64,000 nt of DNA from Macrostomum lignano (taxonomy: Eukaryota). Numbering within the stretch: the first letter of the stretch is position 1; each line of letters starts with the position of its first letter. Location: positions 167,979 to 231,978 of the forward strand of contig NIVC01001106.1 of the NCBI GenBank assembly GCA_002269645.1, given 5' to 3'. Positions 27,827 through 41,347 of the stretch are shown here, piece after piece. Position numbers and translations under genes: made by a program. A model generated the notes under the pieces. That model ran no database searches, had not been told where the DNA came from, and saw only the letters and a list, made by a program, of their open reading frames with translations.

Positions 27827-29230
27827 ACACTGTTGGCGCAGCTGTTCGGTCGCGAAAAACTGTTATAATGAGCCAAACTCTCCAACCACAGACACAGTCA
27901 ACCATTTGGTTTGAAAGGTTTGACCATTGTCAAACTCTACAACAATAGACAAAATCCACCATTGTCGAACTCCTCAACCACAGACACAATCTAACATTGT
28001 CAAACTCTCCAACCATAGACACAATCTACCATTGTCAAACTCTACAACAATAGACAAAATCCACCATTGTCGAACTCCTCAACCACAGACACAATCTACC
28101 ATTGTCAAACTCTCCAACCATAGACACAATCTACCATTGTCAAACTCTCCAACCATAGACACAATCTACCATTGTCAAACTCTCCAACCATAGACACGAT
28201 CTACACAATCAACCATTGTCAAACTCCTCAACCACAGACACGATCTACACAATCTACCATTGTCAAACTCCTCAACCACAGACACGATCTACACAATCCA
28301 CCATTGTCAAACTCCTTAACCACAGACACAATCTACCATTGTCAAACTCTCCAACCATAGACACAATCCACCATTGTCAAACTCTCCAACCATAGACACA
28401 ATCTACCATTGTCAAACTCTCCAACCATAGACACAATTCACCATTGTCAAACTCTCCAACCACAGACACAATCTACCATTGTCAAACTCTCCAACCATAG
28501 ACACAATCCACCATTGTCAAACTCTCCAACCATAGACACAATCCACCATTGTCAAACTCTCCAACCACAGACACAATCTACCATTGTCAAACTCTCCAAC
28601 CATAGACACAATCCACCATTGTCAAACTCCTCAACCACAGAAACAATCCACCATTGTCAAACTCTCCAACCATAGACACAATCTACCATTGTCAAACTCC
28701 TCAACCACAGACACAATCTACCATTGTCAAACTCTCCAACCATAGACACAATCTACCATTGTCAAACTCCCCAACTACAGGCACAATCTACCATTGTCAA
28801 ACTCTCCAACCATCGACACTATCTACCATTGTCAAACTCTCCAACCACAGACACAATCTACCATTGTCAAACTCTCCAACCATAGACACAATCTACCATT
28901 GTCAAACTCCCCAACTACAGGCACAATCTACCATTAGCAAACTCCACAACCATAGATACAATTTATCATTAGGGTATCATTAGGGATGGTTGTACAACGG
29001 TAACTTCTAGTGGTCCTTGGTACCAGTATGAGTACAGTTAAAAACTTCCCACGAATTAATTTCCTCTTTTTTACAAAAATGCAAGGGTAAATATTGGTGA
29101 CTGGACGAAAAACAGTAGAAATGGTTGTCAGTTGTTATACGATCGTAGTTTATGACCCCGACCAAGTCAACATGACACTGTAGGCGCAGATAAAAGCTGT
29201 TCAGTCGCTAAAAGCAGTTATAATGAGCCA
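27827..29230 (+). repeat. 35-bp minisatellite array plus shared flank (copy 2), bounded by ~50-bp imperfect direct repeats
   Basis: Same unit at ~27875-28965; direct repeats at 27827-27875 and 29175-29230 both end GTTATAATGAGCCA. Confidence 0.9.
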
Positions 29231-29334
29231 TCTTGGTGCGTATAAGACACCAGAATTTTGTCTTCTTGATAATTGCATGTACTATCAAGCGCCTACATGA
29301 ACCAGCTATTAATCTCCAGCCTCACGCGCGTGAG

Positions 29335-29470
29335 GGCCAATCCCTAAGGTACACAGAGAGTGTACATGCCTGTCGATTAGAAAGTCAGGGACGCTGTACA
29401 CCCTGTGTGAGCGTGTACACTGCGTGCATATCGGTATGCGTACACAGGTGTCCCCGGAATGAGCACTGTT
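29335..29470 (+). mobile_element. Headless copy of the hairpin-bearing SINE body
   Basis: GCCAATCCCTAAGGTACACAGAGAGTGTACATGCCTG...TGTACACCCTGTGTGAGCGTGT aligns with the 50856-51201 SINE. Confidence 0.7.
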
Positions 29471-29969
29471 GCTTGCCTCAAGCGCTGGCAGTTTCGACTT
29501 GTCAAGTCGTCCAATTCAAGCTCCCTTCAGATGATGTGATGATGCGTGTCTTTTTCTACTATTGCTCTTTAAAGTACTTAAAGTGAATACACGAGAGCCG
29601 AAGCCTCAGAATTATTAACAAAGCCGGAATCCATTTCGCTTTTCCGCTTTTAACACCCCCGCAAAAATGCAAAACTGCACGCCGTGCAATGCATGAAGCC
29701 AAAATGACTCAGTCAGCCAGCAATTCTACAGGCGCAAGAGAGCAGGAGAAGACAGAGACAAACAGGGGTTTAGTCTGGGTTGAGTCGGCTGAGACGGTTT
29801 CTGTTCTACAGAAAAGCAGAACGCATGAAACTAAGAAGGAAGAAAGGTGTTAATCGTGAATTTAGAAAACACCGTTCGTTCTTTGTTCAAAATTTGGAGT
29901 CCCATGAAGTCTAACAGCAGGTTGCTGGCACTGCGGGGAAAGTGAGTCAGTATTTCTGCTTGGGCATTG

Positions 29970-30735
29970 ATAGTTCAGGCATTGAGGGTTCAGGCATCGA
30001 GGGTTCAGGCATCGAGCTGGGTTCAGGCACCAAGGGTTCAGGCATCGAGGGTTCAGGCATCGATCTGGGTTCAGGCATCGATCTGGGTTCAGGCACCAAG
30101 GGTTCAGACATCGAGAGTTCAGGCATCGAGGGTTCAGGCATCGAGGGTTCAGGCATCGAGGGTTCAGGCATCGAGGGTTCAGGCATCGAGGGTTCAGGCA
30201 TCGAGGGTTCAGGCATCGAGGGTTCAGGCATCGAGGGTTCAGGCATCGAGGGTTCAGGCATCGAGGGTTCAGGCATCGAGGGTTCAGGCATCGAGGGTTC
30301 AGGCATCGAGGGTTCAGGCATCGATCTGGGTTCAGGCATCGAGGGCTCAGGCATCGAGGGTTCAGGCATCGATCTGGGTTCAGGCATCGATCTGGGTTCA
30401 GGCATCGAGGGTTCAGGCATCGAGGGTTCAGGCATCGAGGGTTCAGGCATCGAGGGTTCAGGCATCGAGGGTTCAGGCATCGAGGGTTCAGGCATCGAGG
30501 GTTCAGGCATCGAGGGTTCAGGCATCGAGGGTTCAGGCATCGAGGGTTCAGGCATCGAGGGTTCAGGCATCGAGGGTTCAGGCATCGAGGGTTCAGGCAT
30601 CGATCTGGGTTCAGGCATCGATCTGGGTTCAGGCATCGATCTGGGTTCAGGCACCAAGGGTTCAGACATCGAGAGTTCAGGCATCAAGGGTTCAGGCATC
30701 GAGGGTTCAGGCATCGAGGGTTCAGGCATCGATTC
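29970..30735. repeat. 15-bp minisatellite with 18-bp variants
   Basis: (GGTTCAGGCATCGAG)n. Confidence 0.97.
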
Positions 30736-31599
30736 AGGGATTCTGACGCACTGACACTAGATTTGCCAATAACACCTTTATTTTCTAATCCTGACGGTAG
30801 CTTTGTACTCTTCTGAACTTAAATTAAGGCTCTTGTATATTCAGACAACTTCACACGGGAATCACACTGTATTCTGTTGTAGGTATTTCATGTGTTGATT
30901 TTAAATTATTCACTTCAGGCAGGCAGGTGCTGGGAAGGGCTTGCGTGATACTGACTGACAGGCCTCTTTCGCCTCTGGCTTAAGAGTAAACGGGATGTAA
31001 AAGAATTGAAAACTGCTGGAAACAAATACTTATCACACACACATACTCCAAATATTTTAAGACACTAACTAAATCGCATTTATGAAAAAAAAACATTGAC
31101 ATTTATAAAGCATCATGTAGTATTCAGCTGAAGCCTTCTCAAAAGCACTCCCGCTTATATGCTGTGCTGCATTGTCCGTATATACTATAATCCTTGCTTG
31201 AATTGTCGTCACCAACTAAAAGAAGAGGGTTTGCTAACCTGTCAATCAGAGAGAGAGAGAGAGACACGGCGATGAAGAACTGCAGTCTCCCGCACTATTC
31301 AGTCGCACCATAGCGTGATCAAGCGCTCCAGTGCTTCATTTGTTAGCATGCAGGATGGCTTAGGAGAAAAAGAATGGTTGGCAGGGGAGTCACGCCGTGC
31401 ATGGGACGAATTGCCTCTGACTGACAGCCTGATTCCTGAATCTCGGGGCAATTGAAAGCCAATGGGCTGAGCGACTGTGTGTCTCAGTGTTTGCCTTGGG
31501 GAGCTGTTTGAGTTTCGGCGTGCGAATGGGCAATGAGAGATTCGCATTTTCGTACAGTGCATGATCCCGGGTGGGAACTGGAGTTAAGTGAGGATCACT

Positions 31600-32620
31600 A
31601 GGAATCCCTAGCTTCACACCTGTGTGGGATATTTGGGATCCTTGGCTTCACACCTGTGTGGCATATCTGGGATCCCTAGCTTCACACCTGTGTGGGATAT
31701 TTGGGATCCCTAGCTACTAAACTGTGTGGGATATTTGGGATCCCTAGCTTCACACCCGTGTGGGATATTTGGGATCCTTGGCTTCACACCTGTGTGGGAT
31801 ATCTGGGATCCCTAGCTTCACACCTGTGTGGGATATTTGGGATCCCTAGCTACTAAACTGTGTGGGATATTTGGGATCCCTAGCTTCACACCTGTGTGGG
31901 ATATTTGGGATCCCTAGCTTCACACCTGTATGGGATATTTGGGATCCTTAGCTTCACACTTGTGTGGGATATTTGGGATCCCTAGCTTCACACCCGTGTG
32001 GGATATTTGGGATCCCTAGCTTCACACCTTCACAGCTTCACACCGTCACACGTATCTACACATCTGTGAGGGATATTTGGAATCCTTGGCTTCACACCTG
32101 TGTGGGATATTTGGGATCCCTAGCTTCACACCTGTGAGGGATATTTGGGATCCCTAGCTTCACACCTGTATGGGATATTTGGGATCCTTAGCTTCACACT
32201 TGTGTGGGATATTTGGGATCCCTAGCTTCACACCCGTGTGGGATATTTGGGATCACTAGCTTCACACCTTCACAGCTTCACACCGTCACACGTATCTACA
32301 CATCTGTGAGGGATATTTGGAATCCTTGGCTTCACACCTGTGTGGGATATTTGGGATCCCTAGCTTCACACCTGTGTGGGATATTTGGGATCCCTATCTA
32401 CACACTTGTGTGGGATATTTGGGATCCCTATCTACATACTCACTTGTGTGGGATATTTGGGATCCCTAGCTTCACACCTGTGTGGGATATTTGGGATCCC
32501 TATCTTCACACCTGTGTGGGATATTTGGGATCACTATCTTCACACCTTCACAGCTTCACACCGTCACACGTATCTACACACCTGTGAGGGATATTTGGGA
32601 TCCTTGGCTTTACACCTGAG
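31600..32620 (+). repeat. 34-bp minisatellite, left arm of an inverted pair
   Basis: Unit GGGATATTTGGGATCCCTAGCTTCACACCTGTGT. Confidence 0.95.
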
Positions 32621-32706
32621 ACGCTGTGCTCATTAAAGACAACTTGTCGCTATTTGTTATTGTTATTGTTGTTAATTTTGTTGTTTTCTTTCTTTTGTTG
32701 TTGCTT

Positions 32707-33047
<341 letters not shown>

Positions 33048-33554
33048 CTGTGATGTAGTGATGCAGTGATGTAGTGTAGTGTAGTAGTGATGTTGCTTTT
33101 GATGTTGTGTTGTTGTTTTCGATGCTGTCGTTATTGTTATTATTATTTATTTTGTTGGTATTATTGTTGTTGTTGTTGTATGATCCATGAATTGATCAGG
33201 GTTTGGTTCAGGGCTTGATCAGGGTTTGGTTCAGGGCTTGATCAGGGTTTGGTTCAGGGCCTGATGTTTCCTATTTTGCAGAAGTACAAGGCGCAGCTAA
33301 AAATATTTGTCGGACTATGCAGAAAAAAATCATTGTGGATTTTCTTGATTTCCGTTTAGCAGCTGTGCAGATTCTCGCGGTGTGTTAGGAGCGCCATTTC
33401 CTGCGCAAACTTTATCGGGCATTTCGTTAGTTTATTATGGCTAGCTGGTTGCGAATGTCAGCAAACCTGGGGGATGAGGGGCGACGGCGGCGGGATCGGC
33501 GAAATGTCGAAAAAGTTCCTGAGATTGTGTGATGCTGCGCTAACTGCGGTTTGC

Positions 33555-34190
33555 TTGGGGTTTTCTGCCATTGCATTCAGCCTGATCGCTTTTCTCACCA
33601 GTAAATCTTGGGGTTTTCTGCCATTGCATTCAGCCTGATCGCTTTTCTCACCAGTAAATCTTGGGGTTCTCTGCCATTGCATTCAGCCTGATCGTTTTTC
33701 TCACCAGTAAATCTTGGGGTTTTCTGCCGTTGCATTCAGCCTGATCGCTTTTCTCACCAGTAAATCTTGGGGTTTTCTGCCGTTGCATTCAGCCTGATCG
33801 CTTTTCTCACCAGTAAATCTTGGGGTTTTCTGCCATTGCATTCAGCCTGATCGCTTTTCTCACCAGTAAATCTTGGGGTTTTCTGCCATTGCATTCAGCC
33901 TGATCGCTTTTCTCACCAGTAAATCTTGGGGTTCTCTGCCATTGCATTCAGCCTGATCGTTTTTCTCACCAGTAAATCTTGGGGTTTTCTGCCGTTGCAT
34001 TCAGCCTGATCGCTTTTCTCACCAGTAAATCTTGGGGTTTTCTGCCATTGCATTCAGCCTGATCGCTTTTCTCACCAGTAAATCTTGGGGTTTTCTGCCG
34101 TTGCATTCAGCCTGATCGCTTTTCTCACCAGTAAATCTTGGGGTTTTCTGCCGTTGCATTCAGCCTGATCGCTTTTCTCACCAGTAAATC
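33555..34190. repeat. 53-bp tandem repeat, ~12 copies
   Basis: Unit GGGGTTTTCTGCCATTGCATTCAGCCTGATCGCTTTTCTCACCAGTAAATCTT. Confidence 0.95.
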
Positions 34191-34214
34191 CCCGCTCCTT
34201 CTTTATTTGAATTT

Positions 34215-34725
34215 GAAAGATCCCACACAGGTGTGAAGCTAGGGATCCCAAATATCCCACACAGATGTGAAGCTAGGGATACCAAATATCCCACACAGAT
34301 GTGAAGCTAGGGATCCCAAATATCCTACACAGGTGAAGCTAGGGATCCCAAATATCATACATAAGGTGAGTAGCTAGGGATCCCAAATATCCCACACAGG
34401 TGAGTAGCTAGGGATCCCAAATATCCCACACAGGTTAGTAGCTAGGGATCCCAGATATCCCACACAAGGTGTGAAGCTAGGGATCCCAAATATCCCACAC
34501 AGGTGTGAAGCTAGGGATCCCAAATATCCCACACAGTTTAGTAGCTAGGGATCCCAAATATCCCACACAGGTGTGAAGCTAGGGATCCCAAATATCCCAC
34601 ACAAGGTGTGAAGCTAGGGATCCCAAATATCCCACACAAGGTGTGAAGCTAGGGATCCCAAATATCCCACACAGGTGTGAAGCTAGGGATCCCAAATATC
34701 CCACACAGGTGAGTAGCTAGGCAGG
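34215..34725 (-). repeat. 34-bp minisatellite, right (inverted) arm
   Basis: Unit ATCCCACACAGGTGTGAAGCTAGGGATCCCAAAT is the reverse complement of the 31600-32620 unit. Confidence 0.95.
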
Positions 34726-34807
34726 AATCTAGGAATCTGGGCATCTATTACAAGCACAACTGTAAATGAGGGTGTAGAGTGGGTTCTCGTGCGATTCACA
34801 GCCCATG

Positions 34808-34920
34808 ACAGCCAGCCCCCAAGGCACAGAGAGTGCACATGCCTGACGATTAGAAAATCAGGGCCGCTGTGCACCCTGTGTGAGCGTGTGCATGAGCGCG
34901 TCATCAGTGCATGACTGTTC
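34808..34920 (+). mobile_element. Headless copy of the hairpin-bearing SINE body
   Basis: GCCAGCCCCCAAGGCACAGAGAGTGCACATGCCTGAC...TGTGCACCCTGTGTGAGCGTGT aligns with the other copies. Confidence 0.7.
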
Positions 34921-35449
34921 CCCCAGCCTTCCTAAGAATATTACGAGCCCTAGCTCATTCGGCCATCAAGGTATTTACCAAAGCATTACTCACTTGTGCG
35001 TGAGTTCGCATTTTTTTGAGCTCCTGAACGAAACCTCCGACAACGGATTTGGTTATTACGCAACAGTCAGTGTGAAACAATAGCATTTTTAGCAGCCCAC
35101 AATTAGCCAATTCTATACATATTATTTCTACGACAGCTTTCAGCCACTTGAGCTCCTCAATTGCTAGCCCAGGTAGGGGGCGGCACAATGGGGCAACCCC
35201 GCCTACCCTGCCCTCTGCGAGGGCCATTCAGGTCTTTCTCTATAATCCTCATCGTCACAACCGGTGGAATGCGAGTCTATATAAGCGGTGGATTCTTCAG
35301 CAGCTGCTGGATTAAATCAAATATTTTTTCTATTACTGAGCATACACAGTTTAGCTATAATATAAGCTTTCTTGAGTACACAATGAACTCTTTAATGAGT
35401 CAAACCGTTTTACTCAACGACTTGGATGGATCGTTAACCATTAGTCACC

Positions 35450-35530
35450 TTAGCGTGGCAGAGAGGTAACCCTGTGCCGTAATTTAGTTGCCAGAAGAAG
35501 GGTCGAGGTTCGATTCCCGGTGAGGCGAAA
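35450..35530 (+). mobile_element. tRNA-like SINE head or tRNA pseudogene
   Basis: A-box-like TGGCAGAGAGG and B box GGTTCGATTCC at tRNA-like spacing, but no closed cloverleaf. Confidence 0.45.
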
Positions 35531-36679
35531 TAATTAATCAGGCTTTTGCTTGCATAACTGCAACCAACCCAGCGCCAGGGGGGGAGGCTGGGACGCAGGA
35601 GATGGGGAAGAGATACACATATAGAAAGAAGAAGGCGGAAAAATGAAAGAATTCCCCCCCCCTACCCCAAATCATTAATGCCAATGTTAGAATCTGGCGC
35701 AAACGAAAACAAAGGTTTTCAGGGCCTTGCCGACTGACTCATTTTGTTTTAATAACAGTATAACAATTCAAATGCGGCCTCATATTTGGAACGTGCTGCT
35801 TTCAGACTCAGCTGGTTGGGTATGCATAGGATTCGCGCACGTACGCGCTCACAATGTCACACTCAACGGGTTCTTCTCTGAGTTGGCAATCACGCCTGGA
35901 GGAGGTCAGGCGAAGGCGGCACTTCCTGTTGTGCATCCTGGGAAGGAGGGTCACTTCAGGGTAATCCAGGCAGCATCCCATAGCCTACAATGCATTAAGT
36001 CTTGCGCATTGGCGCAAATCTTCAAGTTTTTAAACGGAAGCTGGTCCGTATAGCGGGGAGTTGGAAGTAATGGGAAATTAATTAAATATTCTCCTTCTTC
36101 GCCGGGGGCTCTGTGGCTGCGGAGCCTCCGGGTTTTGGGCGGCGGGAGGCGGTTGCGTAATCAGGTCTGCTGCGCACAGTCCAGCGACTTCAATTGACCC
36201 GATGGAGGTAGTAATGGCCCCAGGTATACGCCTGATAGCAGTCCAATCCTTATCTCCAGGATGTTCCTAGAAAATTAAAGCGATGCGCGAGCCCCCACCC
36301 ACATCCCCATGGCCGTGTTTTTTGGCTCTCCGTTCCGCCTCCAACTGAAGATGCTGCTGAGAGGATGGGAGACAAAAATTAGTGTATAGTAGGGAAAGCA
36401 TTAAGACTGAGGTCAGAGTTGAAACCCGACTTGACTGACTGCATGGCCTGCAGCAAGCAGGTTTACAGCGGATTCTCTCGCTTATCGCGATGGCAAATTA
36501 TCCAGGTTTACACCGGGGCTGGAGGCTGGCGAGGCCGTGTGACCTCGGCGGACAGCGCCTGGAATGCCCGCTTCTTAATTGCTCTTCAGTTTCTCGCACT
36601 AAATTCTCTGTTCAACCTTGTTTTTGTCTTCAGAAGAGTCTGCTGGACATTTTCGTATCAGGTCTCGAGTTGTATTCGG

Positions 36680-37345
36680 TTGGGACTAGATCGGGACTTT
36701 GGTAGGGATTCCATTGGGACTAGATCGGGACTTTGGTAGGGATTCCATTGGGACTAGATCGGGACTTTGGTAGGGACTTAATTAGGCCTAGATCGGGACT
36801 TTGATAGGGATTCGATAGGGATTCTATTGGGACTAGATCGGGACTTTGATAGGGATTCGATAGAGATTCGATTGAGACTGGATCGGGACTTATATAGGGA
36901 TTCGATTGGGACTAGATCGGCACTTTAATAGGGATTCGATTGAGACTAGATCGGGACTTTGATAGAGATTCTATTGAGACTGGATCGGGACTTATATAGG
37001 GATTCGATTGGGACTAGATCGGCATTTTAATAGGGATTCGATTGAGACTAGATCGGGACTTTGATAGAGATTCTATTGAGACTAGATCGGGACTTATATA
37101 GTGATTCGATTGGGACTAGATCAGGACTTTGATAGGGATTCCATTGGGACTAGATCGGGACTTTAATAGGGATTCGATTGGGACTAGATCGGCACTTAAT
37201 TAAAGATTCGATTGGGACTAGATCGGGACTCTAATAGGGATTCGATTGGGACTAGATCGGGACCTTGATAGGGACTCGATCGGGACTAGATCGGGAAGTT
37301 GGTAGGGATTCCGTTTGGATTAGATCGGGACTTTGATAGAGACTA
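36680..37345. repeat. 34-bp minisatellite
   Basis: (GGGACTAGATCGGGACTTTGATAGGGATTCGATT)n. Confidence 0.94.
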
Positions 37346-38261
37346 GATAGAGACCCACCTTCTGTTTGTTAGAGCCTCAGCGCAAGGGCGAAGGTCTGGC
37401 ATTTCGCAATAATAACACCCCAAATCTGAACTTTCCGTTGGAGATTGCCATGGTAAAAGGTCGATTTTTAGGCCTTATCTAGCATTTCTGTGTCGCGCTG
37501 TAAGGCTGCGCACAATAAAATGTAAAATCCCCGGCAATTCTCATTGGCGTAAGGGATCGCTTGAAACTAAGAGTTGTTATCTTTTTCTCCAAGTGGAAAT
37601 TGGCGAACTATACAACTTACATAGCTCGTATATGCGATAGATAGACAGAGATTGACTTCTGTGCTACAGCCTCCGAATCTGCATCAGTCAGTAGTCACGC
37701 AGCGAGCCACCGCACGCAGGACTCGGTCTCGCGGTGGTGTATACATAAACCAACCGGATTCGCATATAAGCGCGGCAGGCAGTCAATTCGGTATTTAGTA
37801 CCGTTGGCCGAGTGCGCCAGGGCGAGGCCGATCGTGCTTTGCTCGACTGTCAAGCAAAGTTTCCCAGTCTTACTGGGTACTAAACGCCGGGTCTCTTCCC
37901 TTTACTATGGCATATCAAAGATTCTGAGAGGATTGATTGGGAAGCACCGGGACTGTACTGCAACTGGCCCTGGCCAAGGGGGGGGGATAAATATTTATGC
38001 TTTCCAGCTCCATCAACCTCGCAGCCACCGAGCGGAACTGCCGTCCAGATGCCTTGCAAAGCTGTGTTAGATCTTCATCTTTCTATTCACTCTTGTCTGT
38101 TCCCAAATTTTCAGCTACTATAGTTCGATAAAGCATTTTACTGTATTTGCTGCTTGCTGCATCATAGGAGGACCACATGGTATTCGTGTTTTCAGCTTTA
38201 GAAATCTTTGTTTTGTTTTTATTTTTTATTGTATGAAATGCGACATGCTACTGTTAATAAC

Positions 38262-38744
38262 GGGGTGCTTTCACAAGGTCGAAATTTCACAACGTCGAAA
38301 AGTAAATTATTTCACAAGGTCGAAACTTCACAAGGTCGAAATTTCACAACATCGAAAAATCTAGCAAGAGACTTCACAAACTCGAAATTTCGCAAGGTCG
38401 AAATTTCATAACATCGAAAACTCAAGTGCAGCCACTTTCACAAGGTCGAAACTTCATAAGCTCCTGAATAAATTTCGACCTTATGAAATTTCGACCTTGT
38501 GAAGTCTCTTGCTAAAGTTTTCGATGTTGTGAAATTTCGACCTTGTGAAGTTTCGACCTTATGAAGTCCTTTGCTAAAGCTTTCGATGTTGTGAAATTTC
38601 GACCTTGTGAAGTTTCGACCTTGTGAAAGTGGCTGCTATTTGAGTTTTCGATGTTATGAAATTTCGACCCCGTGAAATTTCGACCTTGTGAAAGAAGGTG
38701 CTTTCGACGTTGTGAAATTTCGAGTTTGTGAACCCCCCCCCCCC
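38262..38744. mobile_element. Foldback-type MITE, related family, perfect 8-bp TSD
   Basis: Left arm TTCACAAGGTCGAAA repeats, right arm TTTCGACCTTGTGAA repeats, GGGG...CCCC termini. TTAATAAC occurs at 38254-38261 and 38745-38752. Confidence 0.82.
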
Positions 38745-39659
38745 TTAATAACTGTGCGACCATTCCGACCCACATACGCTCGTATGAATTTTTACACATA
38801 TACACGTATTGTGAATTTTTATACAAGTATTATTGCTGATTTTATTAATTTTTACTCATCAGAAATCCCACATTGCTACATAGGTTTACCTACTATAATT
38901 TCAAGCAACTATTTTTCCCTAGCTATTTCAAGAGGGAGATTTCAGTAATGAAATTTCTGAGACTGATCTGTTTATTTGACAACAATTACAATGAATAAAC
39001 TATGTGAATAAAATTATTCAACAGTGTTCAACAATCGCATCTGATCTATGCTACTAGTAGTCAGTAGAAAGTAAAGAAAATCTGCGATTTAGGTGAACTG
39101 GATGCTGGATAATAAAAAATTGGTCGGACCGACATCAGTCAAAATGGCATGGCCAGCCATAATTTCACAGCAATAAACTTACTTTAATAGTATATTAATA
39201 AATTAAACTTAAACTTTAGCGTTTAAACATAAGTCTTTCTATTAAAATACGAGTATATGATAGCTACGATGATGTTGTGTTTGTTACAATTATAACATCT
39301 GAAAAAGTCAACACAGCGGCTATCACCTCTCTAGACTCTATACAATATCTGGAATGCGATATACAATACAACTCAAATAAAGTTAAGAGCACAAACCAAA
39401 ATTATTTACGTAATGATGGTAGGAGCATACTTTTCGGAAAAAATCGATTATGATGTATCGCCGAGAATAAAAAATACTCATACAACTTTATTAAATTATT
39501 TAGTGATTGTGAACCACATGTGATTATAAGCAACCTGTAGTACGGTAGTTTGATTAATTGGTTTGATTTTAAGACAAAAAAGAAGACACTAATGCAACCG
39601 TTGCTAGCGGAATTTAACATTAAAGTTTAAAAATAACAGCCAATACCTCTCTTTAGCAC

Positions 39660-39731
39660 GGGGGTATAGCTCAGTGGTAGAGCATTCGACTGCAGATCGA
39701 GAGGTCCTTGGTTCAAATCCGAGTACCCCCT
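39660..39731 (+). tRNA. trnC-GCA: tRNA-Cys (anticodon GCA)
   Basis: 72 nt. Acceptor stem GGGGGTA/TACCCCC, D arm GCTCAGTGGTAGAGC, anticodon loop CTGCAGA, T loop GGTTCAAATCC, discriminator T, and a TTTTT Pol III terminator a few nt downstream. Confidence 0.97.
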
Positions 39732-41347
39732 CGGACTTTTTGCAAGAAATTCAAACTAAATAAATTAGCGAGTGCAATTTTAACCTGTAGTGTAGGTTAA
39801 AAAAAATATAAATAAAAAAACGCCGACCTCTGGGAATTCGAACCTTACCTTCCTACACGCAATCACAAGGCAATTGACATCTTGTTAATAATAATACTCA
39901 GCTAATCTTTTCATTCAAATACTCAAGCAATTGCCTATATGTATCGAAAAATATGTTTGTGAATTGGTATTGTCCTAAAGCAAATACAAGCAGAAAAATC
40001 TAAATAAACGTTGTAAATCGCATAAGCTTTACGTGTGTTTATTTTAAGATCGTCAAGTAAAGGATGCGCGTGTGTCATTCGTTATTTTGTTGTTATCTGT
40101 TAAATTCATATTGACTCAAAATTTGGATCTTACGAAACAGTCGTTTTATCTCAAACTACTGATAGTAAGCAGTGCACTTAATGCCAGCATTTTATGTATT
40201 AAACTTTTAAAAAATTAAACAATAATAGCAAAATACGCAGTTTTCGTTTCTAATGTATATTTGACTATTTCGCTGAAACAAATAAGTAACGCAAATTTAG
40301 TCAAATATTTGCGCGTCTAGTAAAGGCAAAGCTTACATGTGGTCTCTTATGTAAGCTACAGTATGTACAACATTCACTACTTCCATATATATCTATATAA
40401 AAAAACACTCAATGGGTGCATAGGCAGAGCACGGATCTTCTCAAAGCCTGGGGCTGGAGCTAACAGCGCAGACTAAAAGTCTAAAATCCATGGTTTAACG
40501 CACGAGTGCAAACAATCGAGAGTAATTGTTTTGCACTGCATGCACTCACTGCACGTCGTCTCTCTCTCTCTCTCTCTCTCTCTTGGTAATAAATCTACGA
40601 AAGTATTATATAGAAAAGTTGTAAATCAGACATTCAATTATTGAATTATAAAATCAATAATATACTGGTTAATGTAATAGCTGGGTTTTGTTGTAATGTG
40701 CTGCGGTAACTACCATGGAAAGTAAAGTCTCAAGAGTTAATATAGGGGCTTAATCCACAGTTCTCTGCCCCGTATATGCATCCCTAAATTGCCACTTGTA
40801 TACACTAATTCAAGCCATGCACTTAACTTAACATTATAATGCAATCTACTCCTAGAGCTACAGAAACTGCAAAAGCAGAGAGCGATGAAGCCAGCAGACC
40901 TTGGAACACTGCTGCAATGCTAAAAGGGAATGAATTCCCCTCTCTCCACCGCTTTAGATGGGAGAAAAGCTCTATTGCCGACGCATAAAAAGGGACAGGC
41001 CAATTTCGTCCGCTATGTGGATGTGGGAGGTGGCCCGTCGTTGCCCCACCCCAGAGCTGTGCTAGTCCTAGCCCTAACTTCCGCTCCAAACACGATCCAA
41101 TCCCGGACCTTGATCCTCATTCCGTGTACCTCGCGTTCAGCACCTATAAGCCCTGCACAGCAGTGCATTAAATAGCAACTGCATGCACAGGCCTTCCATT
41201 CTTCCCTTCCCCTCATTTCCCGGATTTCTCCCTCAACTACCTCTACATAGCTTGACCCCCCATCGCGACGGAAGCTAACGGAAGCAGTCTAGCTAATAAA
41301 AGACTGAAGAAATCATACGCGATAATTGGGACTAGGCCATCAGCTAT

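Noticed and set aside
34843-34857. CTGACGA...GAAA resembling a hammerhead ribozyme core
   Set aside because: Only 3 nt lie between the motifs, so stem II cannot form; the motif is not conserved in the other SINE copies.
34955-35227. Minus-strand 90-aa ORF with a GTGAGT donor-like site
   Set aside because: No recognisable domain, no convincing acceptor and no partner exons.
39815-39870. Minus-strand B-box-like GGTTCGAATTCCC followed by a T run near the tRNA-Cys
   Set aside because: No A box or cloverleaf; at most a tRNA or SINE remnant.
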